In this document: positions 1 to 13,224 of the stretch, in pieces
Position numbering within the stretch: position 1 is the stretch's first letter
Layout of the letters: every line of letters begins with the position of its first letter
Assembly: GCF_009914755.1 (NCBI RefSeq)
Contig: NC_060933.1
Length of the DNA: 64,000 nucleotides
Reading direction: 5' to 3' (one strand)
From: the human T2T-CHM13v2.0 reference genome, Homo sapiens
Made by a program: the position numbers and the translations under genes
The notes under the pieces: generated by a model
Databases searched by the model: none
The model's input: only the letters and a program-made list of their open reading frames with translations
Told to the model about the DNA's origin: nothing

Positions 1-132
1 CCTTTCACCATGATTGTAAGTTTCCTGAGGCCTCCCTAGCCATGTGGAACTGTGAGTCAATTAAACCCCTTTTATTTATAAATTACCGTCTCATATAGTA
101 TCTCTATAGCAGTGTGAAAATGGACTAATACA
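1..132 (+). mobile_element. MaLR LTR (MSTA/THE1-type), 3' end, inserted in the MER21 LTR
   Basis: ccatgattgtaagtttcctgaggcctccc...gtcaattaaacc...aatggactaataca, the typical MST/THE1 LTR terminus. Confidence 0.85.
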
Positions 133-525
133 CATGCATAGGGTGAGTTATCAAGGAATGGGCATTGAACTTCCATGCCTTCTCCAGGTGAGCCACCTTC
201 CAGGAACCTCCATATGTTCAGCTATCTGGAAACTCCCCAAACCCAGTCCTCTTGGGTTTTTGTAGAACTCTTCTTTCCCCCATGGTAGGATACACGGCCT
301 TCTCAGGGGAGAGTCTTAAGACTCACAATTAGAAATACATGGAAAACTAGAGTCCTGACTTGGGGCAAGTGAAGGGAAAGCCGGAGAAGAGATTCTGTTA
401 CCTGAGGTCTACACCCAAGGCCTAACACACCCAACATTATAAGAAAAGACTGTATTAAGGGATATGAGAGTTATGAGCCAGGAATCGTCAATAAAAACAC
501 TACCTGTATATATCATAACTCCATA
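133..525 (-). mobile_element. MER21-type LTR (3' LTR of provirus, partial)
   Basis: cttccatgcc...ccaggaacctccatatgttcagctatctggaa and aaggcctaacacacccaacattataa resemble MER21B; abuts a purine-rich PPT-like tract (minus strand agggtgtggcc) at 526-536. Confidence 0.7.
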
Positions 526-1012
526 GGCCACACCCTAGTTTTTGACCTAGGATCCATTACATCAAAAGAATATGCGTAGTCATTAATAGTTCTGTCCATC
601 ATATTGTATGAATGTTTCCCAGGGTGAGAGCACTCAGATTTGCAGGTTTCCTTTCACTCTTGTCAGATTCCAGAAGCAGGAGCGGTCTTTTCAGATATGC
701 AGCTTCACTCTTTCAGCTTTCAAACATCTGTAATAATTGAGCTGAGACAATATCATTTCTTGTTCTGAGACTATTTTGAGTTGTTAGTATTGAATTTTCC
801 TCAATTAACAACCCATCTATTCATTTCCTTAAGCTACTGTTCCTCCTTCTCTTCATTAATACCCAAACTTTTTCACCTTTGCAGGGGACATTAGAATTGC
901 CACTATGCTGGTCTAGATTGCAGGCAGCAATACAAGTCTACCAAGTACCCCCTCCTCAGTCCACTCCTATTTGGATAAGGTAAGGTTATATAGGTGCAGA
1001 ACTAGTGAGCTA

Positions 1013-1087
1013 TTTTTTTTTTTTTTTTTTTGAGACGGAGTCTCGCTCTGTCGCCCAGGCTGGAGTGCAGTGGCGCGATCTCGGCTC
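1013..1087 (-). mobile_element. Severely 5'-truncated young Alu (AluY-like)
   Basis: poly-T plus 57 nt matching the Alu 3' end; TSD ctag(t/g)gagctatttt at 1002 and 1088. Confidence 0.95.
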
Positions 1088-2674
1088 CTAGGGAGCTATT
1101 TTTACCACCAGGCAACATAGCTGCATTCACTCTTACCACCATTTTGCTTAATAGGGTGGAACACAATCCACCCGCATCAGGGCATTTGGAATTCTGACAC
1201 AAGTTTTTAAACCACAGTTAGTTTCTTGTTTAGAAGCCATCTCTGCTTTCAGCACCTGTAGTTGCAGCCCTGGTCTTAGGATCACTCTATCAGGTAGGGG
1301 AGAAGAAGAAACTTTTTTTTTTTTTTGCATGTGTGGTGATTTGGGGAAGGAAAAGTTATAGTTGTTATACCAGTGTACTCCTCCCTTGGTAAGAATTACA
1401 TAGTCATACTAGCACCCGCCCCACTCCCTCTTCCCCAGATCAAACAGAAAAACAGAAAAATCTAGAAGGGACACTCCTTTAGACCCATTCATGTTGAGTG
1501 TGAGCACACACTTATGAAAATGTGTAAGCCAACTCTTTATACTTTCATCTGCCCTTGTTTTAGACAACCAGTGTTTAAAATTGCCTGTTCTACTTTTCTA
1601 TCAAATTCTCTCTCTAAGAAGGATATCTCAGCCCATTTTTGGACATTATGGGCAGTACAGTGTGTTCCTTGGTCTGATGAAATGACAGCCAGCCATCCAA
1701 GACATCCAAATTCATGCCACTTCTTCTCTATCTTCTCTTCTGTTTTTATTATTTATTATTTTGTTTTGTTTTTTAAATGGCACTCTGAACATTTGCATCT
1801 GCCACTGGGTAAGCAAAGTTCACTCCAGAGTCAGTGTCTATTCCTGTCAAGACCCATTTGTAGCCCTCCGTGGCTGCCAGCATCAGTCTCACTTCCCAGC
1901 TATGAGGGCCTTCCCATCAGGGAATTGGCCCTATAGCCATCAGCAATCTCTCTCTCTTGCTGAGAAACAAAACAGTTCGTATTGGCATCATGTGCTTGAA
2001 AGGGTGAAAGAGGAACACGTGTAAATTCAGCCCATCTCTGCACTGCTGCAGTACCTTCATACCCACTCATGGACCCAGGTGGCCACCTTAAAGGAGCACA
2101 CAGGGATGTCTGCTTGTCGATTCCAGTGAACCACTGAAACTGGAAGGAAGTTCTTCTGATAGGCATTGACTTGTTCTACTTTAATGCACCCCTCAAGTCT
2201 CCATAGGGCTGTGACCCTTATGGGCATCCTTTTAATAGGCTAGGTTTTCATTGGATTCTCACCTTAATGTATGGCAAGGCCCTGGACCACTACCTGTGAG
2301 TTAGTAAAAACCCAAACGCAGGGGTTCCTACCACTGTTCAATTCTTCCATTACTGTTAGAAAAACATGCAATCCAGTCCACCGAACTGATCTGTTTTTAC
2401 CTTTTTTGATCAAAATAGCAGCTTTCCAAACAAGAGAGGGTCCATTCACCTTGGAACTGCCATTTGTAAACTAAGCAGCTCCTTGTTGATCAGTTGAGAG
2501 TAGTTCATAGGACACTGTCCAAGTGTTCATAGAATTTATTGCCAGAGTCAATCCCAGGGGTAAAGGGGCTCCTTGCTTGTGAATATCTTCTTGTGTTCTT
2601 CAGGTGGCACATATCTGTATAACCATTTCCATTTTGTTGTAAAACACTTCTGAACACTGCCATTCTCATTAGAT

Positions 2675-2899
2675 CAGGAGTGCCCAATCTTTTGGCTTCC
2701 CTGGTCCACATTGGAAGAAGAATTGTCTTGAGCCATACATAAAATACACTAATACTAACAATAACTAATGAGCTAAAAAAAAAAAAAACTGTAAAAAAAT
2801 CTCATAATGTTTTAAGAAAGTTTACAAATTTGTGTTGGGCTGCATTCACAGCCATCCTGTGCCAAATGTGGCCCACTGACCACGGGTTGGACAAGCTTG
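2675..2899 (+). mobile_element. MER30 (hAT-Charlie non-autonomous DNA transposon)
   Basis: caggagtgcccaatcttttggcttccctgg...ggttggacaagcttg; 8-bp TSD-like cattagat/gattagac. Confidence 0.9.
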
Positions 2900-3706
2900 G
2901 ATTAGACTGTTCCCCTGACATCATCTGAGACAGCATAGGTATTTCAGGTGTCAAAATCATTATATGTTCCCCAGTCATAGGGTAGCTTCAGTTAACATCC
3001 CATAATGAAGTAGTAAATGCCCATCAAATGGAAATTCTCTGGTCGAAAGTCCTAGTAGGTGTTGTTGTGAAATGCTCATAGGCCGTTGCCATAAGCCCCA
3101 GAAAACACTCCATGAAGAGCTGCCAAATGGAGAATTTGTTCTGATTGGCTTTTACTCTGCACTGTGTGGACTTGGGCAATCTTACTGATTCCAATTTAGC
3201 ATGTCCAATTAACATTGCTTAAAGAGCAGATTTACATGCCTTCTGTTTTATGGTACAACGTAAAGAAAACATTTCCCAATCAGGTACAATATTCATTTCA
3301 AGGATGTAATCGGGAAAAAAAGACACAACCACTTCACATAAAATATATTCAAATATACCAACTTTTAAAGTTCTGTCAACCCTTACATTTTCATGTTGTA
3401 GTTCCAGGAACTTCTCTTAACTCTCAGACCATTTTACCCTCCCTTGAGCAAAAGGCTTTGGGTTCCCAGCCAAGGGTTGAGCCAAAGGAGCCTGGCCCCC
3501 TTGTCAATCTTTATCTTGATTAATCTGCCCAACTACTACCCTAGGCAATTTCAGATCAGATTTTCATTGATATCTCTGCCTTTTTAACTTTTTAAAGTTC
3601 TCCAAACTGGAATAAATACAGCAATCTGGTTTGGGGCCTTTTGGGGACTAGATGGGTTTCCTTTGGTTCACGCAACCCTCAATGCTTGTATTAACACATT
3701 TGTTTT

Positions 3707-3995
3707 GACCAGATGTGATGGCTCTTGCCTGTAATCCCAGCACTTTGGGAGGCCAAGACAGGCAGATTATTTGAGGTCGGGAGACCAGCCTGGCCAACAT
3801 GGTGAAATCCCATCACTACTAAAAAAAAAAAAAAAATTAGCCAGGAGTGGTGGTGGGCACTGTGATCTCAGCTACTTGGGAGGCTGAGGCAGGAGAATCG
3901 CTGGAACCTGGGAGGTGGGGGTTGCAGTGAGTCAAGGTCACTGACTGCACTCCAGCCCGGGTGACAGACCAAGGCTCTGTGAAGAGAAAAAAAAA
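3707..3995 (+). mobile_element. Alu (AluS)
   Basis: Dimeric Alu with A-tail; TSD acatttgtttt. Confidence 0.95.
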
Positions 3996-4127
3996 GACAT
4001 TTGTTTTAACTTTATGGAATTTCCTCTTTATTCATTCAATGTTTTAATAACCATCTGAAGATTTCCATACTACTTGGAATTTGTCCATGACTCTCCCCTT
4101 TCTTTTTCTTCTTGGTTTTACTACTTT

Positions 4128-4706
4128 TGAAGCAGCTATGTTGTCTGGGTTAAATACTCAGGGTTCGTCTTCTCATGCCAGGAAAATTTAGGACACAGAC
4201 ACACACGAGGAGTTTAGGAGCGGAGGTTTAATAGGGAAGAGAAAGAAAGGAAAACAACTCTCTCTCTAGTGAGAGAGAGGCGACTTCTGAGAGGAAAGGC
4301 TGGCAGGTGGCAGACCTGCTGGATTTTATAGTCAGGTTTGTGAAGGTGGTGTCTGATTTACATAGGGCTTACGATTGATTTGATCAGGTATGATGGTTAC
4401 ATGGCACCTGGGAAGGCTGGCCACCCCACCCTAATCTTATTATGCAAATGAAGTTTCCCCTTGCCCTGCGCTACTTGTCTGCTCCTACTGTACGGGTGGC
4501 TGACAAAGAGAAGGGAAGATGGAGCCACCATCTTGAACATGATTGGCACAACTGCTGGCATCTATGTCTGCAGTTTGACTTTACAGGCTGCTCTTAGTTA
4601 GAAAAGAAAATAATTTGGGTCAGCTTTTCATTAAAAGGAAAACCTTACCGAGGACTTCCATGCCTTCACTATCTGCCTAAGTAATTTCTTCCTAACTTCT
4701 TTGTCA
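4128..4706 (-). mobile_element. ERV1 solo LTR, MER61-like
   Basis: TG...CA ends; minus strand starts tgacaaagaagttaggaagaaattacttaggcagatagtga; 4-bp TSD-like cttt/ctat. Confidence 0.7.
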
Positions 4707-4857
4707 CTATCAATGTTTTCTTTATTCATCTTATTTCTTAGTAACCATTAAAAAATTTCCACCCTCCTGGGATGAGTCCTTTGACTCTCTCTTTTGCCTT
4801 TCTTCTTTCTGTTGTAAGTTAACATAATGTTTTCATGAGCCTGTGTAAGATCCATAA

Positions 4858-5210
<353 letters not shown>

Positions 5211-6230
5211 TAGAACAGTTGTTCTATTAGGCAGGAGTAATGTCATGTGGGGTGCTCATGTAGAAGGGGCCTCTTCAACCACAGCATTTACCATGACTTG
5301 AGTAATGGGCTTATTTAGAGGGTGAATATCCCTGTCATCATAAAACTAGTCCCACATGACTAGCATACCCAACTATTTATGCATTGCTTCATATAGTAGC
5401 TCCCTCATCTGGGGTGTTCCACTTGGTATTTATAAGTGGAGTTGGAAAGCCTCCATCTCAGGAAAAACAAACCTTACAGTGGCTTTTTTCCAGTCCACCA
5501 GCCTGGCTGGTGCCTCAGGAATAAGTTCCTGTGTGTCTGGATCATATATACCCATCTGTGATTATTCAGTAATGAGCTATGTGTCCTGCATCAACCTAAG
5601 CATGCTCTTACACTCTGCAGCGTTTAAAATGAAAGATACTGTCCCTAAATTAGTTACTGTCATAATCCATTTTAGTAAAGGTTCCTCAGCAAGCTGACGA
5701 TGCCAATCTATAAAAGGGAACACTTCCTTTACACTATACCCTCTGATTTCAATAGTTACTTGGTTGTGCCCTTTCCCCACATTGACTGCCTTCTTGGTAA
5801 CCACAGGTCCTCAGAGATACTTTCTGTTGTCCCTACATAATTTTCTCATTTGTGGGTTACTTTGTGGCTAGTTGCCTGAGCTCAGATAGACTAAAATCTA
5901 AGCTTGGTCTAGCATTAAGGTCTGACCCAGCATTCTCTTTTAATTTGATTTTGGCTAGTACGTATAACAATAACCAAGGGATTGAATATTTCACTTTTTC
6001 TTATTTGTTTGCATCTCTTTATGCATCCAGTGAACCAACTCCATAGGAATTAGGTCCATTTCTAAATTCCACTGGTAACTTTTACCTTTAGTAAGTAGTA
6101 CAACATGGTTGTGGCTCCATAGCATGGGTGACCACATGGCCACTCAGGAATCAAAGGTTCCTCGTCTCCACTCTTTTATTCTTTCTCTTCCCAAACCACA
6201 TATTTCCAGAAGCCAGGGCTTGTCCATCAA

Positions 6231-6248
6231 ATCCTACCTCTGACACCA
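6231..6248 (-). promoter_or_regulatory. Retroviral primer-binding site, tRNA-Leu
   Basis: Minus strand reads TGGTGTCAGAGGTAGGAT, 16/18 to the Leu PBS TGGTGTCAGAAGTGGGAT, 4 nt from the LTR end (...CCCTGACA at 6253). Confidence 0.85.
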
Positions 6249-6252
6249 ATTT

Positions 6253-6495
6253 TGTCAGGGAAAAAACTCTTTCAAACAATGTTTCTCCTCTACTCTAACA
6301 CCATAACAATCAACACAGATTTCTCTGTGACCAAATATGCAGAGAAATTTTCCCCACGCTCCAAGCAGCAGACACCAGGTGCGTGTCCTCTAGTTCAATT
6401 CCAACACTATCTACCTGGAGATAGCATCAGATCCCGCAGGTTGAAGGCTCAGTCCCCAAGACTACCTCTTCCCGACCAGTTGCAAGTCAGAACCT
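6253..6495 (-). mobile_element. MER21-type LTR (5' LTR, truncated)
   Basis: tgtcaggg...gtgtcctctagttcaattccaacactatctacctggagatagcatcagatccc...aggctcagtccc; next to the PBS. Confidence 0.7.
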
Positions 6496-6740
6496 ATGAA
6501 TGGAATTAGTGCCCTTGCAAATCAGGCTCCAGAGAGCTGCCTTGCCCTTTTTTCATGCAAAACCAGTGAGAAGGTGTCATCTATGAGCCAGAAAATGGAC
6601 CCTCATCAGATACCAAATCTGCCAATGACTTGGTGTTTAACTTCCCAGCCTCAGAATAATAAAAAGTAAATTTCTGTGTTATTTTACAAGCTACCCAGTT
6701 TAATGCTGTTTTGTTACAGCAGCCTAAATAGGCTAAGACA
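6496..6740 (+). mobile_element. MLT1A-type MaLR LTR, 3' two-thirds
   Basis: atgaatggaattagtgccctt...cttcccagcctc...ttgttacagcagcctaaataggctaagaca. Confidence 0.75.
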
Positions 6741-6772
6741 GGGCTGCCTGATGTTTTAAAAAATTCTTTTTT

Positions 6773-7080
<308 letters not shown>

Positions 7081-7146
7081 TTATTTTTTATGACGTGCAG
7101 TACCTCTTATATTTTATACTCCCTATTTTTCACTGGTGTATAGTTG

Positions 7147-9660
7147 AGGAATCTACATCTCCTGGTTTATAGGGCCTGGTCATGCTTTATGCTTGACTCC
7201 TTGGTTTCCCATCCAATTTAGAAGTTGCTCTGGATTATTTTTTCATTTATAACAAAATATTATCACTAATTGTTGCATTAAAACAAGCAAGAATGGGAAC
7301 CTCTATTTTGTACTTGTAATTTCTGTCATTATCTCAAGTAACAGCATGTTGGATACATGCACAATTAACAGAAATTTTACTTTAACCAGTGACTACACAT
7401 GTAGAATGACCAGCAATAATTTATCATTCTTTTTTAGATAATTTGCAGATGTTATATTACAGTGCTCTTCTTTAAGGACTTGAAGAAATGCACTTAGTGC
7501 AGTGAGCCGAGATCCTGCCACTGCACTCCAGCCTGGGCGACAGAGCGAGACTCCGTCTCAAAAAAAAAAAAAAAGAAAAAAAAGAAATGCACTTAGGCAC
7601 TTAGATGTTAGATTGTGGTGGGGAAGGTACCGCTGTTGCCCTGTGGGCCATTTACTATTAATATAATAGCCATCTGCACTGTACCCAACAGAGTGGCCTA
7701 CAAGATGCTGGAAATTTCTCAGGACCTAGTAGCCAGGATCAATGGGCAATCTGAGAGACTGTAGTTCATAGGTACATGGAATTGTGACAGAGTACAAATG
7801 CATCTGACCACACTCACTACAGTAGTTTTTTTAAAAATTCTATTGATTTTAATGTCCTATAACCGTTTTATTTCTTTTTTATAAATGTTTTTATTAAAGA
7901 AATGAGCTTTTAGAAAGCAAATGGTTAATTAAAAATTACTACTGAATTTCAGTTACTAAAGAAACTTGGTGATGAGTATCATCTTCAAAAATATTTGTAA
8001 GCATTATCATCTGTCATAAAAGAACATAATGGTATCATCGACCATAAAAAGCAGACATGCACATTTTAAAGAAGAATCAGATTTACTTCAAATTAGCAGT
8101 TAGTTTCCATAAGATTCATCCTCAAACAATTGTTTAATCCATGAGACTGCAGTAGAAAATGTTTCTATATCCATTTGCAAAGCATGACTTTTCATTGAGA
8201 TCAAATGATTGTTCCATTTTCTTTCATTTTTTTTTATTTGAAGGATTTTTTTCCTTCAAATATAAAGTGAAGTGATAGCTGTTAACACACTGGTTCCATT
8301 ACTACTGGAAAAGCTTCACAGCTAGGTGTATAAAGTGAGTTTTGTGTTGGTATTACCAGATGCTATAAATGTAAAATTAGCTAATTCTAATAATGGTTTG
8401 ATAATGATGATTATTATGATTATGACTTTGATTATGGTGATTAAAATCAAAATACAGCTTTTATAAGTTCATTTTGTTGAGTGAAACATTTGAAATTTTA
8501 GGGAATGCTTTGTAAATTCAGATGAAAGTTCAGCATTGAAAATAAAATTAGCTGTTTTTGTAGTGATAATATGAATACAAACTTCATAGAGCACATCATG
8601 GTGAAAACTATATTTTTACTAAATTAAGAGGCCTACAGTGAAGAAATATGCTAGAAATTGCTGTTGATGCCCTCATAATTCATTATTTCCAAGAAGTTAC
8701 AAAAATATTCATTAGAATAGCAGTGCACACTTAGCACTTTGATGCTCATCATAAATCAAATTTAGAAGTATTTGAGCTCTGGAAAAATTATTTTGTATAT
8801 CAATCTGAATGTTTTAAAAATGATAGTAAACTATTTTTTTTTCAAATGAGGCTTTTAAATTTTGGCTGCATGTTTAAAATATTTTGCACAATATTCAATG
8901 GTATGAATGCCAAAAATTTATCAGATTTTTAACTTTCAGAGTATCTAAAATATATTCTGTACTGGAATGCAATGACTTGAAGAAAGCCCTCAATTTTGCA
9001 GCAACCAGATTTAGCAAAGTATTAAAAAAAGATATATAAAGCAATAACTGACAAGTTTTGTCTTCTGAAATACTTGTCAGTAAAATTCTCTGAATAGAAG
9101 GAAAAAGACAATAGCTATGAAAATATTTGGACTGAAATATTTATACATTTTAACATCAAAAATATAAGAATATACTCCATTTTTAAGAATTTGCCCTTGG
9201 CTTAGAGTTATTTCACATCCACAGAGAGAATATTTTCTCAACTGAAATTATAAAACAGAGCATGTGGTCCATAGATGATGTCAGAAACTTTAAATATGTT
9301 AACTATAACATGAAACTTTGAAAAAGATTACAAACTTTATTTATGAGAAAAACAATAAGACCATATTGAAGAGTGTATTCTTCAGAGAAAAACAATAGCA
9401 GTGACACAGTGAGAGAAATACGTATGTTTAAGAAACTGATTAAAGTACACGAATATGTGCCAAGAATAATTATTATGGTTATTCCAATTTAATGCTCAGC
9501 TAATCAAATAGAAAAAATGTTTAAAACATTTTTAAATTTAAATACATGAATGCATGCCATTTTTATTTTTAAAAGTGTTTTATGCTTTCAAAAAGTTTTA
9601 AATATATTTATACACAAATACAACAGAACTTGTCTGTCAATAAATATATATTTTAAAATG
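7147..9660 (+). mobile_element. Decayed hAT DNA transposon (Blackjack-like) with transposase remnant
   Basis: Peptide remnants KHDFSLRSNDCS (~8178), FCSDNMNTNF (~8556) and hATC-like STERIFSQLK (~9218); MER94/Blackjack-like subterminal sequence at ~7150-7210. Confidence 0.65.
7498..7581 (+). mobile_element. 5'-truncated young Alu (AluY lineage)
   Basis: 63 nt of Alu 3' end plus A-tail; perfect 15-bp TSD aagaaatgcacttag (7483-7497 and 7582-7596). Confidence 0.95.
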
Positions 9661-9664
9661 CTAT

Positions 9665-11945
9665 TTTTTTTTAATTAATAAAATTTATTTTTAGAGAAGG
9701 TTTGGTTCACAGAAAATTAAGCAGAAAGTACAGATAGTTCCCGTTTACCTCCTGTTTCCATACATGTACAGCCTACCCCACTATCAATATCCTGTACCAG
9801 AGTGGTACATTTGTTACAATTGATGAACTTACATCTCACTTTATTATCAACCAAAGTCCATAGTTTACATTAAAGTTTATTCACTATTGGTGTTGTGCAT
9901 TCCATGGGTTTTGACAAGTGTGTAAGTATATAACATGTATTCACTATTAAGCATATTAAAGAATAGTTTACACAGCCCCAAACCCTCTATGCTCTGCCTA
10001 TTCATCCCTCCCTTCCCTCATCCCTTGGCAACCACTAATCTTTTTACTGTCTCCATAGTTTTGTTTTTCCAGAATATCATATAGTTAAATAGTATTAAGC
10101 CTTTTTAAGATTGGTTTCTTTCACGTGATAATAAACACTTAAGTTTCCTCTGTGCCTTTTCATAGCTTGATAGCTCATCTATTTTTAGTGCTGCATAATA
10201 TATTATCTGGATATACTATAGTTTATTTATGTGCTCACCTATTAAAGGATGTCTTGTTGCTTCCAAGTTTTGGCAATTATGAATAAAGTAGATATCTGTG
10301 TGGACAAAAGTTTTCGACTCCTGTGGGTAAATACTAAGGAATATAATTGCTGATTCATATGTTAAGAGAAGGTTTAGTTTTGTAAAAAACTGTCAAACTA
10401 TCTTCCAAAGTGGCTGTACTATTTTGCATTTCCACCAGAAATGAATGAGAGTTCCTGTTGCTCCATTTCCTCACCAACATCTGATGTCAATATTTTGGAT
10501 TTCAACTATTCTAATAGATGTGTAGTGCTTTCTCATTGTTTTTTAATGGGCAGTTCCCTAATGACACACAGTGTTGAACATGTCTTCAGATGCTGAATTA
10601 CTTTCCATATATTTTCTTTGGTGAGGTGTCTGTTTAGGTCTTTTGCCCATTTTTTAATTGGGGTGTTTATTTTCTCATTGTTGCATTTTAAAATTTATTT
10701 GTATATTTTAAATACCAGCCCTTTATCAGATGTGTCTTTTGCAAGTATGTTCTCCTAGTCTGTGGCTCATCTATCTTCTTATTCTCTTGGAATTGTCTTC
10801 AGAATCATTGTGAAGCAGAAATGTTTAATTTTAATGAAGTCTTGCTATTAATAATTTCTTTCCTGGATTATGCCTTGGGTGTTGTATTTTTAAAAAGTCA
10901 GTGCCATAGCCAAGGTCATCTAGATTTTTTTCTGTTATCTTCTAGGTGTTTTATAGTTTTGTAATTTAGGTCTATGGTCCAATTTAAGTTATTTTTTCTG
11001 AAGGATATGAGGAAGTTCTATATCTAAATTTGATTTATTTTGCTTGTGGATATCCAGGTGTTCCAAGACCATTTGCTGAAGATTATTTTTGCTCCATTGC
11101 ATTGCTTTGCTCCTTTGTCAAGTCAGGGGACTGCATTTATGTGGTTCTATTTGGAGCTTTCAAATTCTATTCCATTAATCTACTGGAATAGTTTTGCCAA
11201 TACCACACCCTCTTGATTACTGTAGCTATATAGTATGTCTTAAAGTAGGATAGTGTCAATTCACCAACTTTGTTCTTCTCCAGTAGTGAGTTGGATATTC
11301 TGTTTTCTGGGTTTTTTGTTTTGCTTTGTTTTTATTTTTCTACTTTTCCATGTATAAATGTTAGAATCAATTTGTCAATATCTAACTTGCTGGAATGGGA
11401 TTGTATTGAATCTTAGATCATATTGGAAAGACTATCATATTGACAATGTTGTCTTCCTATTCATGAACGTGGGATATCTTTAGTATAGTCCTTTTTCATA
11501 TTTTGCAGTTTTCCTTATATATACCTTTATATATTTTGCTAGATTTATGCCTAAATATTTATTTCATTTTTAGGAGTACTAATGTAAATTTTTTTGTGTT
11601 TTTTAAATGTCAAGTTCCACCTGTTTATTGTTGGTATATAGAAAAGTTATTTTCTTTTGTATATTCACCTTGTATCCTAAAACTGGTATAATTGCTCGTT
11701 AGTTCCATTTTTTTAAATATACTTTCAGATTTTCCACACAGATGATTATTTTATCTGTGAACAAAGACAGCTTATTTATTTCTTCCCAATCTGTAGCCCT
11801 TCTATTTTATGTTCTTGTCCTACTGCATTAGCTAAGATTTCGAGTACAGTGATCAAAAGCAGTAATAATAAGAGACATTCTTTCCTTTTACCTGATTTTA
11901 GTGGGAAAGGTTTTCATTTTTCACCATTAAGCTGCTATTGTTTTT
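9665..11945 (-). mobile_element. L1MC-type LINE-1, 3' UTR and end of ORF2
   Basis: accagagtggtacatttgttacaattgatgaac...aaagtccatagtttacatt (L1MC1/2 3' UTR, reverse), continuing into antisense ORF2. Confidence 0.85.
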
Positions 11946-12066
11946 TTCTTTTTTTGAGGCAGGAACTTGTCCATTCTCTAAGAGTAAGAGCAAGAGGGCC
12001 AGTGTGGCCTTAACTGAAATACTGATGGGGAGGAGAGTAGGACATAGAGTCTTGGAGTTATGGTAA

Positions 12067-12078
12067 ATATATATATAC

Positions 12079-12123
<45 letters not shown>
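12067..12123. repeat. (TA)n(CA)n microsatellite
   Basis: Directly visible. Confidence 0.95.
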
Positions 12124-12124
<1 letters not shown>

Positions 12125-12345
12125 TTATTTATTTACTGTGAGTAAGGCAATAATAGAAATGTCACAATCTGACATATATTCACAGGATCCAACTTTTTAA
12201 TAGAAAATTGACTGAAGAAAAGCAAACTAGGAGCATACAAACTAGTTATTATTTTAAAGAGAAATGATGGTGGCTTGGGTCATGTTTGAAGACTTGTAGA
12301 TGGTGAGAAGGGGATGGAATCTGAGCTGTTTCAAAGAAGGTGCCA

Positions 12346-12809
12346 CATATCTCCTCAATCTACACTTCCATGTTTATTAGAGTGTTATTTGCAATACTCA
12401 AAAATACAGAATAAACCTAAGTGCTCATCAACAAATGAACAGATGAAGAAAATGTGGTATATATACAAAATGGAATATTATTGTCGTGAAAACAAATGAA
12501 ATCCTGTCATTTGCAGCAACATGGATGAAACTAAAGGTCATTAAGTATTATAAAATAAGCCAAGCACAGGAAGACAAATATTACATGTTCTTACTCATAT
12601 GTGGGCTATAAAAACAATCTCATGAAGCTAGAGGGTGGGTTGGTGATTGTCAGGGGCCAGAAAGGGCAGAGGATGTGGGAGAATGAAGGGAAAAAATAAT
12701 ATAAATTCATTAATCACCACTGAATTGTACATTTAAAAATGGTAAACATGGTAAATTTTTATGCATATTTTACCTTAATTTTAAAAATTTAAAAACAAAC
12801 GAGAAAAGT
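12346..12809 (+). mobile_element. L1MA/L1MB 3' end
   Basis: aaaatgtggtatatatac...tcatttgcagcaacatggatg; TSD-like aaagaaggtgcca/aaagacagtgcca. Confidence 0.85.
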
Positions 12810-13224
12810 AAAGACAGTGCCAAGGGATATGCTGATCTCTTTAACGAAGTTTGGAGAGAAAGAGATGAAGCAAGAAAAACTCCAAGGTTTTTATATGAGT
12901 AAATAAAAATAATGAAATTAATAACACCTATTCCACAGGGTTATGAAGAACCAATGGGAAAATGTAGGTAAAGAGCTTGATTTATACAGGGTGCCAAAAT
13001 GTTCAATACTTCTTATCCTTCTTTTCCCTTCTTCCAAAACCCTTGTATATATAATCTTTGTGCTAATTTTTGACTATGTAGGGAAAATCTAAATAATTAA
13101 TAATTATGCCAATAGTCTTGATGTATTTTTATGCTGTTTGTCAAAAATAATGGAACAACAGGTAGATGGTTTCATGAAGCTGAAGGAAAGAGCTCAAGTT
13201 TAACATGAAGTTTTAGCAGATATA

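Larger units (their letters stand above)
11955..12920 (-). mobile_element. L2 fragment interrupted by a microsatellite and an L1
   Basis: gcaagagggccagtgtggcc, gagaaatgatggtggcttgg and actccaaggttttt L2 motifs. Confidence 0.6.

Noticed and set aside
6231-6248. tRNA-Leu gene fragment
   Set aside because: Only the 18-nt 3' end including CCA is present, next to an LTR, so it is a PBS.
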